Source of the DNA: a virus
Virus record (IMG/VR): IMGVR_UViG_3300035703_000033
Coordinates: 32,001-96,000 of that record
Strand: one strand, 5' to 3'
DNA: 64,000 bases
How positions within the stretch are numbered: position 1 is the stretch's first letter; every line of letters begins with the position of its first letter. Shown piece by piece: positions 39,091-48,736 of this stretch. Under the pieces are notes generated by a model. The model did no database searches and was not told the origin of the DNA. It was given only the letters and a program-made list of their open reading frames with translations. Both the position numbers and the translations under genes were made by a program.

Positions 39091-41283
39091 ATGGCATACG
39101 AAGATTTACTTAAGGATACATCAGTTCAAAGCTCAGATCCTGGGTATTTCATTGTTACAATTACAGATCTTGATCCATTAAAGCTATACCCGCTTCAGTT
39201 AAGATGGAAGTATAACGATAATACTTTTGGCCCATGGTCTGCTGTTAAATCAATAACAACTCCATCTGAAACAGTTCCATCAACTCCAAATTTAGGAGTC
39301 AGCGATGTTGTTGGCGGAAATGGTTATATAAAAATTACTTGGGATGGAAAAGATTCAAGCGGCAACCCAATACAAAATATTGACAGAGTTAATATACACA
39401 TCTCTGGCGGTACATTTGGTATAGGCACACAGGTCGTAGATTTTTTTAAAACAGCAGGAACAAAAACAATTGTTGCAGCTCCAGGAACATATATTGTTCA
39501 ATTAAAATCTATAACAGTAGCAAATACAACGTCATTCTTCAGCTTGTCTAGAACTGTAGAAGTTACAGGCACAGAAGACATAATATCTGATCCAGAAGAT
39601 CCGTCAGCGCCAACATTATCAGCTGGAAAGGCATCTATAATTGTAAGCTGGGACGGAAAGAATTCAAGCAATACAAATTTTACTGCAGGTAGCTTTTTTG
39701 GTGCAAAGGTATATATTGGAAAAACTTCTAACTTTACTCCATCAGAAAATAATTGGGTTCATACACTAAACTTTGCAAATGGTTCCAACCAAGTCTCTAT
39801 TGGTGTTGGAACAATTATAGATAAGTCTACCTCAGAGTCTTTAGATTTTGATACAAATTACTATATTAAAATAGGTACACTAAACGCAAACGGTGAAACA
39901 ACAGGAAACTTTATATCAGCAACTGGGAACCCTATTCAAGTTGAAAAAACTGCGTTTAGCGAGATAGAGGCTGGTATCTTATCAGCAGATGCTTATATAC
40001 AAGCAGGTCCATCAGGCGGGCAGAAGGTCATCCTTTCTGGAGGAGCTGAGCCTTTTGTTATATACGGCTCAGATGGTGTCACAAAACTTTTATCATTTCA
40101 ATCTCAGTTGGGCGGTGTAGGAAAGTTAAGCATTATTGGATCTGGTACATTCACTGGAGATATTTCTGCTGCTACTGGAACGCTAACTAATGCTTTAAAT
40201 ATAGGAACGCCAAGCGGTGGACTTTACCCGTTTAGCGTTAGCTCTACTGGAGTTGTAAGAGCCATATCTGGAACTATTGGCGGAATGACACTAGCAGCTG
40301 ATGGTATACAAAATAGTACAGGAAGCTTTAAGCTAGACACAGACGGTAAAGCAAAATTCGGTTCTATAGACATTTCTCCAACAATAGGTATTTATCATAA
40401 TAGTGGATCATTTAGTCTTGGAGCAAATGGAAGTCTATCACTTACTGGAAGCGTTACAGCAACAGAAGGAAGTATAGCTAATTGGACAATAATTGGATCC
40501 ACCTTAACTGCAAATAACATAACGCTAGACGCATCTACTGGAACTATTTATTCAGGAAATTCTGCAGGATCTCATATTCAATTAAGTAATGCTTATGGCT
40601 TGCGACACATGAACAATGCATCAACTACTGGAAACTTTGTTCTTACACCACTTGGTGATTTAACAATACGTGGAACAGTAACAGCAGTATCTGGTTATAT
40701 TGGAACTCCAGAAAGTGGTTGGTATATAGATAGTGTGGGTATTAGAAACTCTCAATATGGAGTAACCCCAAACACGTTTTTATATAACCCAAATAGCTTT
40801 ACCGATAATAATGTTATATTTCAAATTGCTGATGCGGATAAGTTTAGTGTAACAAAGGCTGGAAATTTGACAGCTTCTAACGCAGACATATCTGGAACAA
40901 TACGTGGTTCTGAAGTTATTGGTTCTACATTTTGGATTGGAGCAAATGCTAATTCTACTGATTATATAAATTGGGATGGTACGTTTAGCCTTGCAGGAGG
41001 AAGATTAGTTGGATCTCCATCTGTATTAACATTGAATCCAAATAAACTTGGTCCATCTCAATTTAAATTTTATTTAAACGCAGTAAGTAATGGCGACGGA
41101 ACAGCTGGAGATAAAACACTTGTTCAAGATGCAGATACAGGAGAAATAACATTAGGACGTGCATTCTTCTATGCTGGAAATCAATACCCAGATGGAAGAA
41201 CAGATAGAAGTCAATTTGCAGGTGGAGACCAAGGCTCTGGAGCATTTGATACTGGAGACATAATATTAAGTAGGAAAGCATAA
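39091..41283 (+). CDS. tail tip/fibre protein with FN3/Ig-like and beta-strand repeats
   Basis: ITWDGK/VSWDGK modules; G-rich GTIGG/GSIANW repeats. Confidence 0.6.
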   Translation: MAYEDLLKDTSVQSSDPGYFIVTITDLDPLKLYPLQLRWKYNDNTFGPWSAVKSITTPSETVPSTPNLGVSDVVGGNGYIKITWDGKDSSGNPIQNIDRVNIHISGGTFGIGTQVVDFFKTAGTKTIVAAPGTYIVQLKSITVANTTSFFSLSRTVEVTGTEDIISDPEDPSAPTLSAGKASIIVSWDGKNSSNTNFTAGSFFGAKVYIGKTSNFTPSENNWVHTLNFANGSNQVSIGVGTIIDKSTSESLDFDTNYYIKIGTLNANGETTGNFISATGNPIQVEKTAFSEIEAGILSADAYIQAGPSGGQKVILSGGAEPFVIYGSDGVTKLLSFQSQLGGVGKLSIIGSGTFTGDISAATGTLTNALNIGTPSGGLYPFSVSSTGVVRAISGTIGGMTLAADGIQNSTGSFKLDTDGKAKFGSIDISPTIGIYHNSGSFSLGANGSLSLTGSVTATEGSIANWTIIGSTLTANNITLDASTGTIYSGNSAGSHIQLSNAYGLRHMNNASTTGNFVLTPLGDLTIRGTVTAVSGYIGTPESGWYIDSVGIRNSQYGVTPNTFLYNPNSFTDNNVIFQIADADKFSVTKAGNLTASNADISGTIRGSEVIGSTFWIGANANSTDYINWDGTFSLAGGRLVGSPSVLTLNPNKLGPSQFKFYLNAVSNGDGTAGDKTLVQDADTGEITLGRAFFYAGNQYPDGRTDRSQFAGGDQGSGAFDTGDIILSRKA

Positions 41284-44200
41284 TGAGTTGGTGGAGAAAA
41301 GCAAGTTCTACCGACACGGGTAGTCATAATATAGATGGATGGATCAAAATACAGAGTATCTGGAGAAAAGCCAGCGCTTCTGATTCATACAACTCTTCAC
41401 TAAGTACAAATCCTTGGGTAATAGATGGATGGCTTAGAATTAAAAGTGCTTGGAGGCACGAGGGTGGTGGAATTTGGTCAAGAATATTTAGTGCCTTAAG
41501 TGTTCCAATTCCAAAAGACCCATTACCTACATTATATTTTAAATGGCCAGATACATTTGAAACTACTGATTCTCCAATAAATGGCTCAAAGATGTTTGTA
41601 ACAAGAGGAGCTTGGACAGAAGAGCCAAATGAATTTAGAATAAGAATTCAGGAATTAGAGCCATACGGCACTTGGACTACAATATATGATACTACTAAAA
41701 CATATACAGAATATTTAGAGTCAGATGATTTGGATAGATTCCCGTCAAATGCAAATGATTCATCTAGACCAACAATATCAAAGGCAAAGACCTTAGCTGG
41801 ATATAAATTTAGAGCAAGGGTTGATGCTACTAATGTGAATAATGACACAAATTTTCATATTACAGATCCAATGATGCCAAGATTAGATTTTATAATATCT
41901 TCTTTAGTTGTAAATTCAGAGACCTCATCTGGTGCAACATTTTCTTGGGACTATGCCCCGTATGTAAACTCTGGATCAATTAATTCATCAACAGACATAT
42001 ACTCTCAGGTTATAACAATTTATGATGAGCTTGGAGATGAAGTTTATTCAGAATCAATTCCAGCAGGGACTACATATGTTATTCTTTCAAATGCAGCTTT
42101 GCTACCAGGCACTACATATACTGCAGAGTTATGGTCTATTGCGTACGACGGCTATGTTTTTGAAACAGATCAAACTTTTGATTTTACAAGTGTAGATTTT
42201 ACTACAACTGATGCTATACCAGAAATAGAAGTTAATCCAACCCTCACATTAATTTCTGGAGAATCTGCTTGCGTGGGTTCTGTTTATAGACTATCCAGTG
42301 GATCTTGGACAAATAATCCAACAGGATTTAGATATTATTTTGATAGACAAAATTTTGCTGGTTCAAATATATTAACATATCCAAGTACTTCTACATATAC
42401 TACTGATACATATTATGACTATACTCTTGCAAGTGAAAATGCACAAGGAATAGATGCATATACAATTGCAGCAAATAATAATGGTGAAGCACAACTATAT
42501 GCATATGCAACAAGCAGCATAACTGGGCCAATTAAATTACCAAGACCTACTGGTGTCTCTGCAACAGCATCTGGCTCTTCAATTAGTATAAGTTGGACCC
42601 CACACCCATCAGCTACAAAATATAGAATTTATTGGGCTTCATCTTCAGCATACGAGCCTGGCCCAGCAAGTTCTTCTTTTGATGAAGAAAAAACCACCAC
42701 TTCGTGGACATGGAGTTCAAGCGATCCAGATAAAAATGGAGTATCTCCATCTCAAGGTTCTTCATATGTTTTTTATGTTTCTCAATCTGTTGGAGGAACA
42801 ATCTGGAGTAACTGGTCTACAGCTTCAGCTAGTGTAACAATGCCTTCAACTCCAGTAAATACATCAAGACCAGTATTTAGTTTACAGTCTGGTACAGCAA
42901 ATAAAGTTGGATCCACTTATAGATTATCTAGTGGATCTTGGGCAAATAATCCTACACCAACACAGTTTAGATATATACTAGAATTAAACAATGTTTCTGG
43001 CACACGTTTTGTGCAGTATCCGTCATCTACAGGATGGACAACAGACAGTTATTATGATCATACATTTTCTTCAAGCACATCCTCATCTATTTCTGGAGTA
43101 GTTGTTGCTTATAATGGCTTGTCTGCAGAAGCTTATAGTACGACTAGTATTGGTCCAATTACATATCCAACATATACAATAACATATAATGGAAATGGCG
43201 GAACTCCAACAAGGTCTTCTGATATTGTAAATGCTGGTTCTTCAATTACTTTACCAAGTGCTTCAAGAAATTATAATACATTTTATGCATGGTATGATTC
43301 AGCAGTTGGTGGCTCATATGTAGGGACTGCTGGAGCTACCTATACACCTACATCAGATATCACCCTATATGCTAGATGGACTCCAATAGAATGGACTGTA
43401 ACCTGGAATGGAAATGGAGGTACTGTAAATAATAATAATAGCAGCACTTATGCAGTTACATTTAATGCAGGTTCTACTCTTACAGCTCCATATGCAACTA
43501 GGGCGAACTATACACATACTGGTTGGCGTTACCCGTCGTCTGGAGATATTTGGTATAGCGCCTCACCAGGAGGCTCATTCACACCAGATAGTAGCATAAT
43601 AATGTATGCAACATGGTCAAGGAATAGTTATTTCCTATATTATTCAGAAGAAGGTGGAACGGCAGTTTCAGATGCTACAGTATTGGCTGGAGATTCAACA
43701 ACACTACCAGCAACTACAAGAACTGGATATACGTTTAATGGTTGGTATAGCGATGGTATAAGGTTGGGAGGAGCTGGTTCTACTTATACGCCAACATCTA
43801 ATATGACAATATATGCATCCTGGACACCAATACAATATACTGTAACTTGGAATGCAAATGGTGGCTCTGTAAGCCCAAGCAGCACTACAGGAAACTTTGA
43901 TTCAGTTATATATGCCCCAACACCAACCAGGGCTGGGTATACCTTTTTATATTGGAGAGATGATACAAGAGCTCAAAATTATCTTTATCAGGTAAATGCA
44001 GGAGGTCAATGGACAATTGCTGGAAATATTACATTCTATGCTATTTGGCAAGTTGCAATTCCGCCAACACCATCATGGGTAAGTGCTTCTACAGACAGAA
44101 CTGATGGAATTAGATTAGAGTGGGGTTTGATTGATGGAGCAACTTCTTATGAAATTTGGTGGGGATCTAGCGCACCTTCAGATAGTTTATCTACACCTGA

Positions 44201-44921
44201 TTTTTATCCAGGCAATACTTACTACTATTTAGATACATCAGTTAGTTCTGGTAGCTCTAGAACATACTATATTCGTGCAAGAAATTCAGCAGGAGCTTCA
44301 TCTTGGTCTAGTGGAATAACTGGAACTAGGGCGAACACACAATATACTGTAACTTGGAATGCCAACGGAGGTACTGGCGGAGGATCTACTACCCAAAATG
44401 CTGGAGTAGCACATATAGCACCATCACCTGGAACCAGAACTGGCTATACTTTTAATGGATATTATGACAGAACATCTGGAGACTATTTATATGGACCAAT
44501 TGCATCTGGTGGCTCATTTAACCCGCCATCTTCAATTACAATGAGCGCAAGATGGTCATCAGCTACCACCACAACTACTACCACTACTACAACAACAACC
44601 ACTACAACGTCATGCGTATGTAATTACTCAGATTATGGAACTTATTATTTCTCACCACAATGCTGTTCTGCTAATGCTCCGTACACGGGCCTCCCAGCTG
44701 GGCTTTCCCCAGGATCTGGGTCATGTTGTCCAAATGTCAACAAGCCAGCTGCCACCACAACTACCACCACAACCACAACAACCACGGCAGCTCCATGTAA
44801 TACCGTATATTGGAAATGCAATTTAACAGATGTGCAAAATTATAGTAATCCATGTCAATTTGTTGGTCAATGTAGGTATGAGGGGAATGACTATTATTCT
44901 GCAGGATGTTGCTCAGTATGA
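41283..44921 (+). CDS. large surface/fibre protein: Ig-like, FN3, five Listeria-Bacteroides-type repeats, Thr tracts, Cys-rich modules
   Basis: VGS.YRLSSGSW.NNPT x2; YTVTWNANGG..PTR.GYTF..W-type repeat x5; T15 and T11 tracts; two 6-Cys modules. Confidence 0.75.
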   Translation: MSWWRKASSTDTGSHNIDGWIKIQSIWRKASASDSYNSSLSTNPWVIDGWLRIKSAWRHEGGGIWSRIFSALSVPIPKDPLPTLYFKWPDTFETTDSPINGSKMFVTRGAWTEEPNEFRIRIQELEPYGTWTTIYDTTKTYTEYLESDDLDRFPSNANDSSRPTISKAKTLAGYKFRARVDATNVNNDTNFHITDPMMPRLDFIISSLVVNSETSSGATFSWDYAPYVNSGSINSSTDIYSQVITIYDELGDEVYSESIPAGTTYVILSNAALLPGTTYTAELWSIAYDGYVFETDQTFDFTSVDFTTTDAIPEIEVNPTLTLISGESACVGSVYRLSSGSWTNNPTGFRYYFDRQNFAGSNILTYPSTSTYTTDTYYDYTLASENAQGIDAYTIAANNNGEAQLYAYATSSITGPIKLPRPTGVSATASGSSISISWTPHPSATKYRIYWASSSAYEPGPASSSFDEEKTTTSWTWSSSDPDKNGVSPSQGSSYVFYVSQSVGGTIWSNWSTASASVTMPSTPVNTSRPVFSLQSGTANKVGSTYRLSSGSWANNPTPTQFRYILELNNVSGTRFVQYPSSTGWTTDSYYDHTFSSSTSSSISGVVVAYNGLSAEAYSTTSIGPITYPTYTITYNGNGGTPTRSSDIVNAGSSITLPSASRNYNTFYAWYDSAVGGSYVGTAGATYTPTSDITLYARWTPIEWTVTWNGNGGTVNNNNSSTYAVTFNAGSTLTAPYATRANYTHTGWRYPSSGDIWYSASPGGSFTPDSSIIMYATWSRNSYFLYYSEEGGTAVSDATVLAGDSTTLPATTRTGYTFNGWYSDGIRLGGAGSTYTPTSNMTIYASWTPIQYTVTWNANGGSVSPSSTTGNFDSVIYAPTPTRAGYTFLYWRDDTRAQNYLYQVNAGGQWTIAGNITFYAIWQVAIPPTPSWVSASTDRTDGIRLEWGLIDGATSYEIWWGSSAPSDSLSTPDFYPGNTYYYLDTSVSSGSSRTYYIRARNSAGASSWSSGITGTRANTQYTVTWNANGGTGGGSTTQNAGVAHIAPSPGTRTGYTFNGYYDRTSGDYLYGPIASGGSFNPPSSITMSARWSSATTTTTTTTTTTTTTTSCVCNYSDYGTYYFSPQCCSANAPYTGLPAGLSPGSGSCCPNVNKPAATTTTTTTTTTTAAPCNTVYWKCNLTDVQNYSNPCQFVGQCRYEGNDYYSAGCCSV

Positions 44922-44933
44922 TGATAAATACTA

Positions 44934-44962
44934 TTGACAAAAATAATCTAAATTGGTAAAAT
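44934..44962 (+). promoter_or_regulatory. near-consensus promoter, leaderless
   Basis: TTGACA-17 bp-TAAAAT with extended TG; ATG 44969 is 6 nt after the -10. Confidence 0.8.
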
Positions 44963-44968
44963 GGCATA

Positions 44969-45328
44969 ATGTTATTAAGTAAAGATATTATTCACATAAT
45001 AAATCCTGGGAATGAGCAATATTTTAATGAAGAGGTACATGTTGCCGCATGTTTTATTATTGATGATATAGTTGTTGAAAATGGTATGTATTCTAGAGAG
45101 TTTTTTGATTTGTTCAATAGATCTCATATTGAAGAAAAAGAACAATATGAAAACGGAGATATACGCATTGCATTAACAGAAAGCGGTAGTGTGGAAAAAC
45201 AACACATGATATTAGATGAAAGGCTTGCTTCTATAATGTTAAGTAATCCACAGTTAATTGAAGTCCCAGAAAATATGCGATGGGTTACAATTGGGTCTCA
45301 ATATATAGATGGAGTGTTCTATCCATGA
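44969..45328 (+). CDS. hypothetical protein (possible fibre chaperone)
   Basis: Directly after the fibre gene; first gene of a coupled operon. Confidence 0.5.
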   Translation: MLLSKDIIHIINPGNEQYFNEEVHVAACFIIDDIVVENGMYSREFFDLFNRSHIEEKEQYENGDIRIALTESGSVEKQHMILDERLASIMLSNPQLIEVPENMRWVTIGSQYIDGVFYP

Positions 45329-45579
45329 CAGAAAAAACTAAATGGGAACAGTATTTAGAAAAGCAAAAAGATAAAAGTCCAAATAAATCTGTAAAGCCGT
45401 GGGATTTAATAAATCCAAATACAGAATATGTGGATAAAGAAATTTCAGCACAAAGATATGAAATTTGTAAGCAGTGTCCTGAGCTTTTTGATTTAACAAA
45501 ACAGTGTAAAAAATGCGGATGCTTTATGGCATTAAAAACTAAGCTGACAGAGGCTACATGCCCTATAGGTAAATGGTAA
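45325..45579 (+). CDS. small Cys-rich DUF6171-like protein
   Basis: RYEICKQCP..QCKKCGCFM..KTKL..ATCPIGKW; ATGA overlap favours start 45325. Confidence 0.65.
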   Translation: MTEKTKWEQYLEKQKDKSPNKSVKPWDLINPNTEYVDKEISAQRYEICKQCPELFDLTKQCKKCGCFMALKTKLTEATCPIGKW

Positions 45580-46472
45580 TGTCTAGTATATTTGTTCAAA
45601 TACCATCTTATCATGATTATGAATTAAAAAGAACTATTGTTGATGCCATAAAACAAAGCTCTGGATCACATATAATTAATTTTGGAGTTCATGTTACATA
45701 TTTTGACAATATTGATTTTGATATTCCAGACCTTCCAAATGTAAGGCTAGAGATATCCAAAGCTCCTAAAAATATTGGAGTCGGAGCTAGCAGGTATATA
45801 GCAAATTCACTATATTCTGGGGAAGACTATTACTTGCAAATAGATTCTCATATGAGGTTTGAAAAAAATTGGGATCATAATTTAATTACAGATTATCTTG
45901 ATAAAAAAGCACATGGAGCAAATCCAGTAATATCCGCCTACCCAGGGGCATATGAGTACAATAATGGTAGCCTCAATATACTAAATAGCAAAGCACATGT
46001 TGCATATACAGATTTTATTCAGGAGTTAAGTTTTCAGGGAGATGTTGTTCCGCATCAAAGAGCCGTAGGTAATTTCTCCAATAATATTTTTACTAGATCT
46101 GTTTCTGCTGCATCTATTTTTTCAGATGGATCAATTGCGTCCATAAAGCCAAACAAAAAGATATTTTTCTGGGGAGAAGAGATATTAACTGCCGTAAGGC
46201 TTTTTACACATGGGTATGACCTCATGCTTCCAGTTTCTCAAAACCTATATCATCTTTATTACAAGCCAGAAGATGGGTTTAAAAATTTAAGAAGGCAGGT
46301 TGGGGTAGATTTTGAACAAGAATCTATCTTAATGGATATAGAGTCAAAAAAGGAAATAGAATCGATTATTTTGAACAATATTGTTGGGGAGTATGCGCTG
46401 GGCAGCTCTAGGACCTTGGCTGATTACCAAGAGTATGCTAGAATAGATTTTACCAATAAGGTAATTCTTTAA
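45573..46472 (+). CDS. GT60/Gnt1-like polypeptide GlcNAc transferase
   Basis: IFVQIPSYHD.EL..TI; GVGASR..ANSLYSGEDYYLQIDSHMRF..NWD; ISAYP; FWGEEI..AVRLFTHGYD; HLY. Confidence 0.8.
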   Translation: MVMSSIFVQIPSYHDYELKRTIVDAIKQSSGSHIINFGVHVTYFDNIDFDIPDLPNVRLEISKAPKNIGVGASRYIANSLYSGEDYYLQIDSHMRFEKNWDHNLITDYLDKKAHGANPVISAYPGAYEYNNGSLNILNSKAHVAYTDFIQELSFQGDVVPHQRAVGNFSNNIFTRSVSAASIFSDGSIASIKPNKKIFFWGEEILTAVRLFTHGYDLMLPVSQNLYHLYYKPEDGFKNLRRQVGVDFEQESILMDIESKKEIESIILNNIVGEYALGSSRTLADYQEYARIDFTNKVIL

Positions 46473-46483
46473 GGAGGAATATA

Positions 46484-46693
46484 ATGCTATCAAATAGTGA
46501 TAAGCTAGTAATTGTTGAGCAAAAGATCAAAAATCTTGAGTACCAAAAGTATGGTATAGAGCTAGACTTGCAGCTAGAAAATGCAACGTCTGTACCAGAT
46601 CAGGAAAACTTAGATTCAATTAATACAAGACTTGCAGACGCAAACGCTAAGCTTGATGTTTTAAATGCAGAAAAAGCATCTCTAGGAGAATAG
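46484..46693 (+). CDS. hypothetical coiled-coil protein
   Basis: Strong SD aaggagg. Confidence 0.6.
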   Translation: MLSNSDKLVIVEQKIKNLEYQKYGIELDLQLENATSVPDQENLDSINTRLADANAKLDVLNAEKASLGE

Positions 46694-46701
46694 GAATATA
46701 A

Positions 46702-46875
46702 GTGTCAGATAAAGCAGAACTTATGATTATTGCCTTGCAACAAAGAATAGGCGAATTGGTTTCTGGGTATGAATCACAAATTGCTATGCTTAGAGCAGAA
46801 CTTACTGAATTAATTAGGGAAAAGGAAGAGCATGAGAAAGCTATTCAAGACTACTCAGACTCCCTCCCTGGTTAA
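46702..46875 (+). CDS. hypothetical coiled-coil protein (57 aa, not in ORF track)
   Basis: GTG start; MSDKAELMIIALQQRIGELVSGYESQIAMLRAEL...; fills an intergenic gap. Confidence 0.6.
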   Translation: MSDKAELMIIALQQRIGELVSGYESQIAMLRAELTELIREKEEHEKAIQDYSDSLPG

Positions 46876-47242
46876 TCAACCAACCACATTCCCATCAGGA
46901 TTAGCGGTTAAAACAGAATCTGCCACCTACTGGATCAAAGATAATAAAAGATACAAGCTTATTTCTGAAAGAGCTGCAAGATCTTGGTCTTTTGTTACAG
47001 TTAACGCAACAGAGAATGCCATATCTCATATCAAGATAGTTGGAAAATTGGGATTTAGAGATGGGACTATCATTAAAAATATATCAGATAGCAAGATATA
47101 TCTAATATCTCAAAATAAAAGAAGGCATGTGGTAAGTCCAGATGTCTTCGTTAGATATGGGCTAAGCCGAGATGCTATAATTGAGGTATCAGATGCAGAA
47201 TCCAATATGCATAATTTAGGAGAAGATTTAAATGCCATATGA
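46832..47242 (+). CDS. hypothetical protein with internal duplicated module
   Basis: YWIKDNKRYKLIS / YLISQNKRRHVVS. Confidence 0.55.
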   Translation: MRKLFKTTQTPSLVNQPTTFPSGLAVKTESATYWIKDNKRYKLISERAARSWSFVTVNATENAISHIKIVGKLGFRDGTIIKNISDSKIYLISQNKRRHVVSPDVFVRYGLSRDAIIEVSDAESNMHNLGEDLNAI

Positions 47243-47663
47243 GTTTAAGAGGTTCGATGACGGAGAGCCGCTTGATGTAAATAAGTTAAATTTAATTGTA
47301 GATAATATTACACAATTAATTACAGATACAGCACCGCTTAGAGATTCAACAGACTCTGGCCAGGGTTACGCTTTAGTGGAGTCTGGGCTTATACAGTTTG
47401 AAGATGTAACTGGAAACGGCACTCCAGTTCAGCAGGCAATTACATTCAAAAAGATCAGCGCAGAGGCAGCACAAGCTGGGAAGGTGCATGTAGTTGCGTC
47501 ATTAAACAATGGATTACGTGCAGACGAAGATGTATTTGTTTCCGTAGGAGCAATATCGACTGGCACACCTCAAGTTATGTTGAAGGTAAATATTACTGGT
47601 AAGTCTATCAAGCCAAGAGCAACATACAATGTGCGTTGGATAGCTGTAGAGAACAAAATCTAG
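47232..47663 (+). CDS. hypothetical structural protein
   Basis: Last gene before the terminator; C-terminal VRWIAV. Confidence 0.5.
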   Translation: MPYEFKRFDDGEPLDVNKLNLIVDNITQLITDTAPLRDSTDSGQGYALVESGLIQFEDVTGNGTPVQQAITFKKISAEAAQAGKVHVVASLNNGLRADEDVFVSVGAISTGTPQVMLKVNITGKSIKPRATYNVRWIAVENKI

Positions 47664-47665
47664 TA

Positions 47666-47693
47666 TTGACAAGTTTGTATTTAATGCTACACT
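47666..47693 (+). promoter_or_regulatory. promoter for replication module
   Basis: TTGACA-16 bp-TACACT with extended TG. Confidence 0.6.
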
Positions 47694-47707
47694 ATCGGTG
47701 TAGTATC

Positions 47708-47732
47708 AAAGTCACGCACCCGTGACTTTTTT
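47708..47732 (+). terminator. intrinsic terminator-like hairpin
   Basis: aaagtcacg-cacc-cgtgacttt followed by a T-run. Confidence 0.75.
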
Positions 47733-47747
47733 AATATAGGGAATTTA

Positions 47748-48551
47748 ATGAGTAATGATTTAAAGTGGATGCTGTCTTCTGATCAGCAATTTCCATATCA
47801 AGATGATAAGATGATCGAGCTTTGGTTTAAGGTAATGAAGTGGTTTAAGCCAGACGTAGTAGATTATCTTGGAGATACAGATGATCAAGCATGTTACAGT
47901 AAGTACAATGAGGGATTGTCTTCAGAATTTTTAGCTCTGCATAAGACAGATAGCAAAGATTTAATTGTTCCAATGATGCGACATGAGGCTAAAGGTGCAA
48001 GAGATTTTTATACAAAAACAAGAGAGATGCTTCCAGATGCTCAGCTATTTTCAGCATTAGGAAATCATGATATTAGAATTTTTAATTATATGGATGCAAA
48101 GCTTCCAGAATATCTAAATGATGTAACTCCAGAAACTTTATGGAATTTAGATTCTTTGGGGTATGAGTATATTTATTATGATTCATTGCCAAAACGTCGT
48201 TTTGGAGATATACATGTTCATCACGGAATTTCAATTTCTGCCACTGGATCAGTTAGAAAAGACATGGAAGACATGCAGGTATCTTTAATTCGTGGGCACT
48301 CTCATAGAATTGCTTCACATATGGTAACTTATGAACTAAGAAATAATGGAAATGGCGAGACGCTAAGAGGTTATGAGATTGGACATATGTGTGATGAAAA
48401 GGGTCCAGGGATGAAGTATACTCAGCACCACGATTGGCAAAAAGGTTTTGCTATTGCTCATATTGAAAATGGAGAATATCCACACATTCAAATGATCCAC
48501 GTATCACCAGATTACTCGTGTGTGGTAGATGGAAAGTTATTTAAGCTATGA
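47748..48551 (+). CDS. calcineurin-like metallophosphoesterase
   Basis: SDxQ; GDxxD; GNHD; HHG; GHSH. Confidence 0.85.
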   Translation: MSNDLKWMLSSDQQFPYQDDKMIELWFKVMKWFKPDVVDYLGDTDDQACYSKYNEGLSSEFLALHKTDSKDLIVPMMRHEAKGARDFYTKTREMLPDAQLFSALGNHDIRIFNYMDAKLPEYLNDVTPETLWNLDSLGYEYIYYDSLPKRRFGDIHVHHGISISATGSVRKDMEDMQVSLIRGHSHRIASHMVTYELRNNGNGETLRGYEIGHMCDEKGPGMKYTQHHDWQKGFAIAHIENGEYPHIQMIHVSPDYSCVVDGKLFKL

Positions 48552-48736
48552 TGAGTTGTGGTAAGTGTAATGGTAGAGTTTTTGTTGATAGGGTATTTTC
48601 ACAAAAACTACATGTAGAGCTTTTCTGCATAATGTGCGGTAAAAGATGGATGCTGAATAAGGATAGAAGTGCGCTTGGAAGATGGCTAGAGGAGACAGAA
48701 TTAAACCAGCAAAAAAACTTAGCTATTTTTTCTTAA
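48548..48736 (+). CDS. small Zn-ribbon protein
   Basis: CGKC...CIMCG. Confidence 0.6.
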   Translation: MMSCGKCNGRVFVDRVFSQKLHVELFCIMCGKRWMLNKDRSALGRWLEETELNQQKNLAIFS

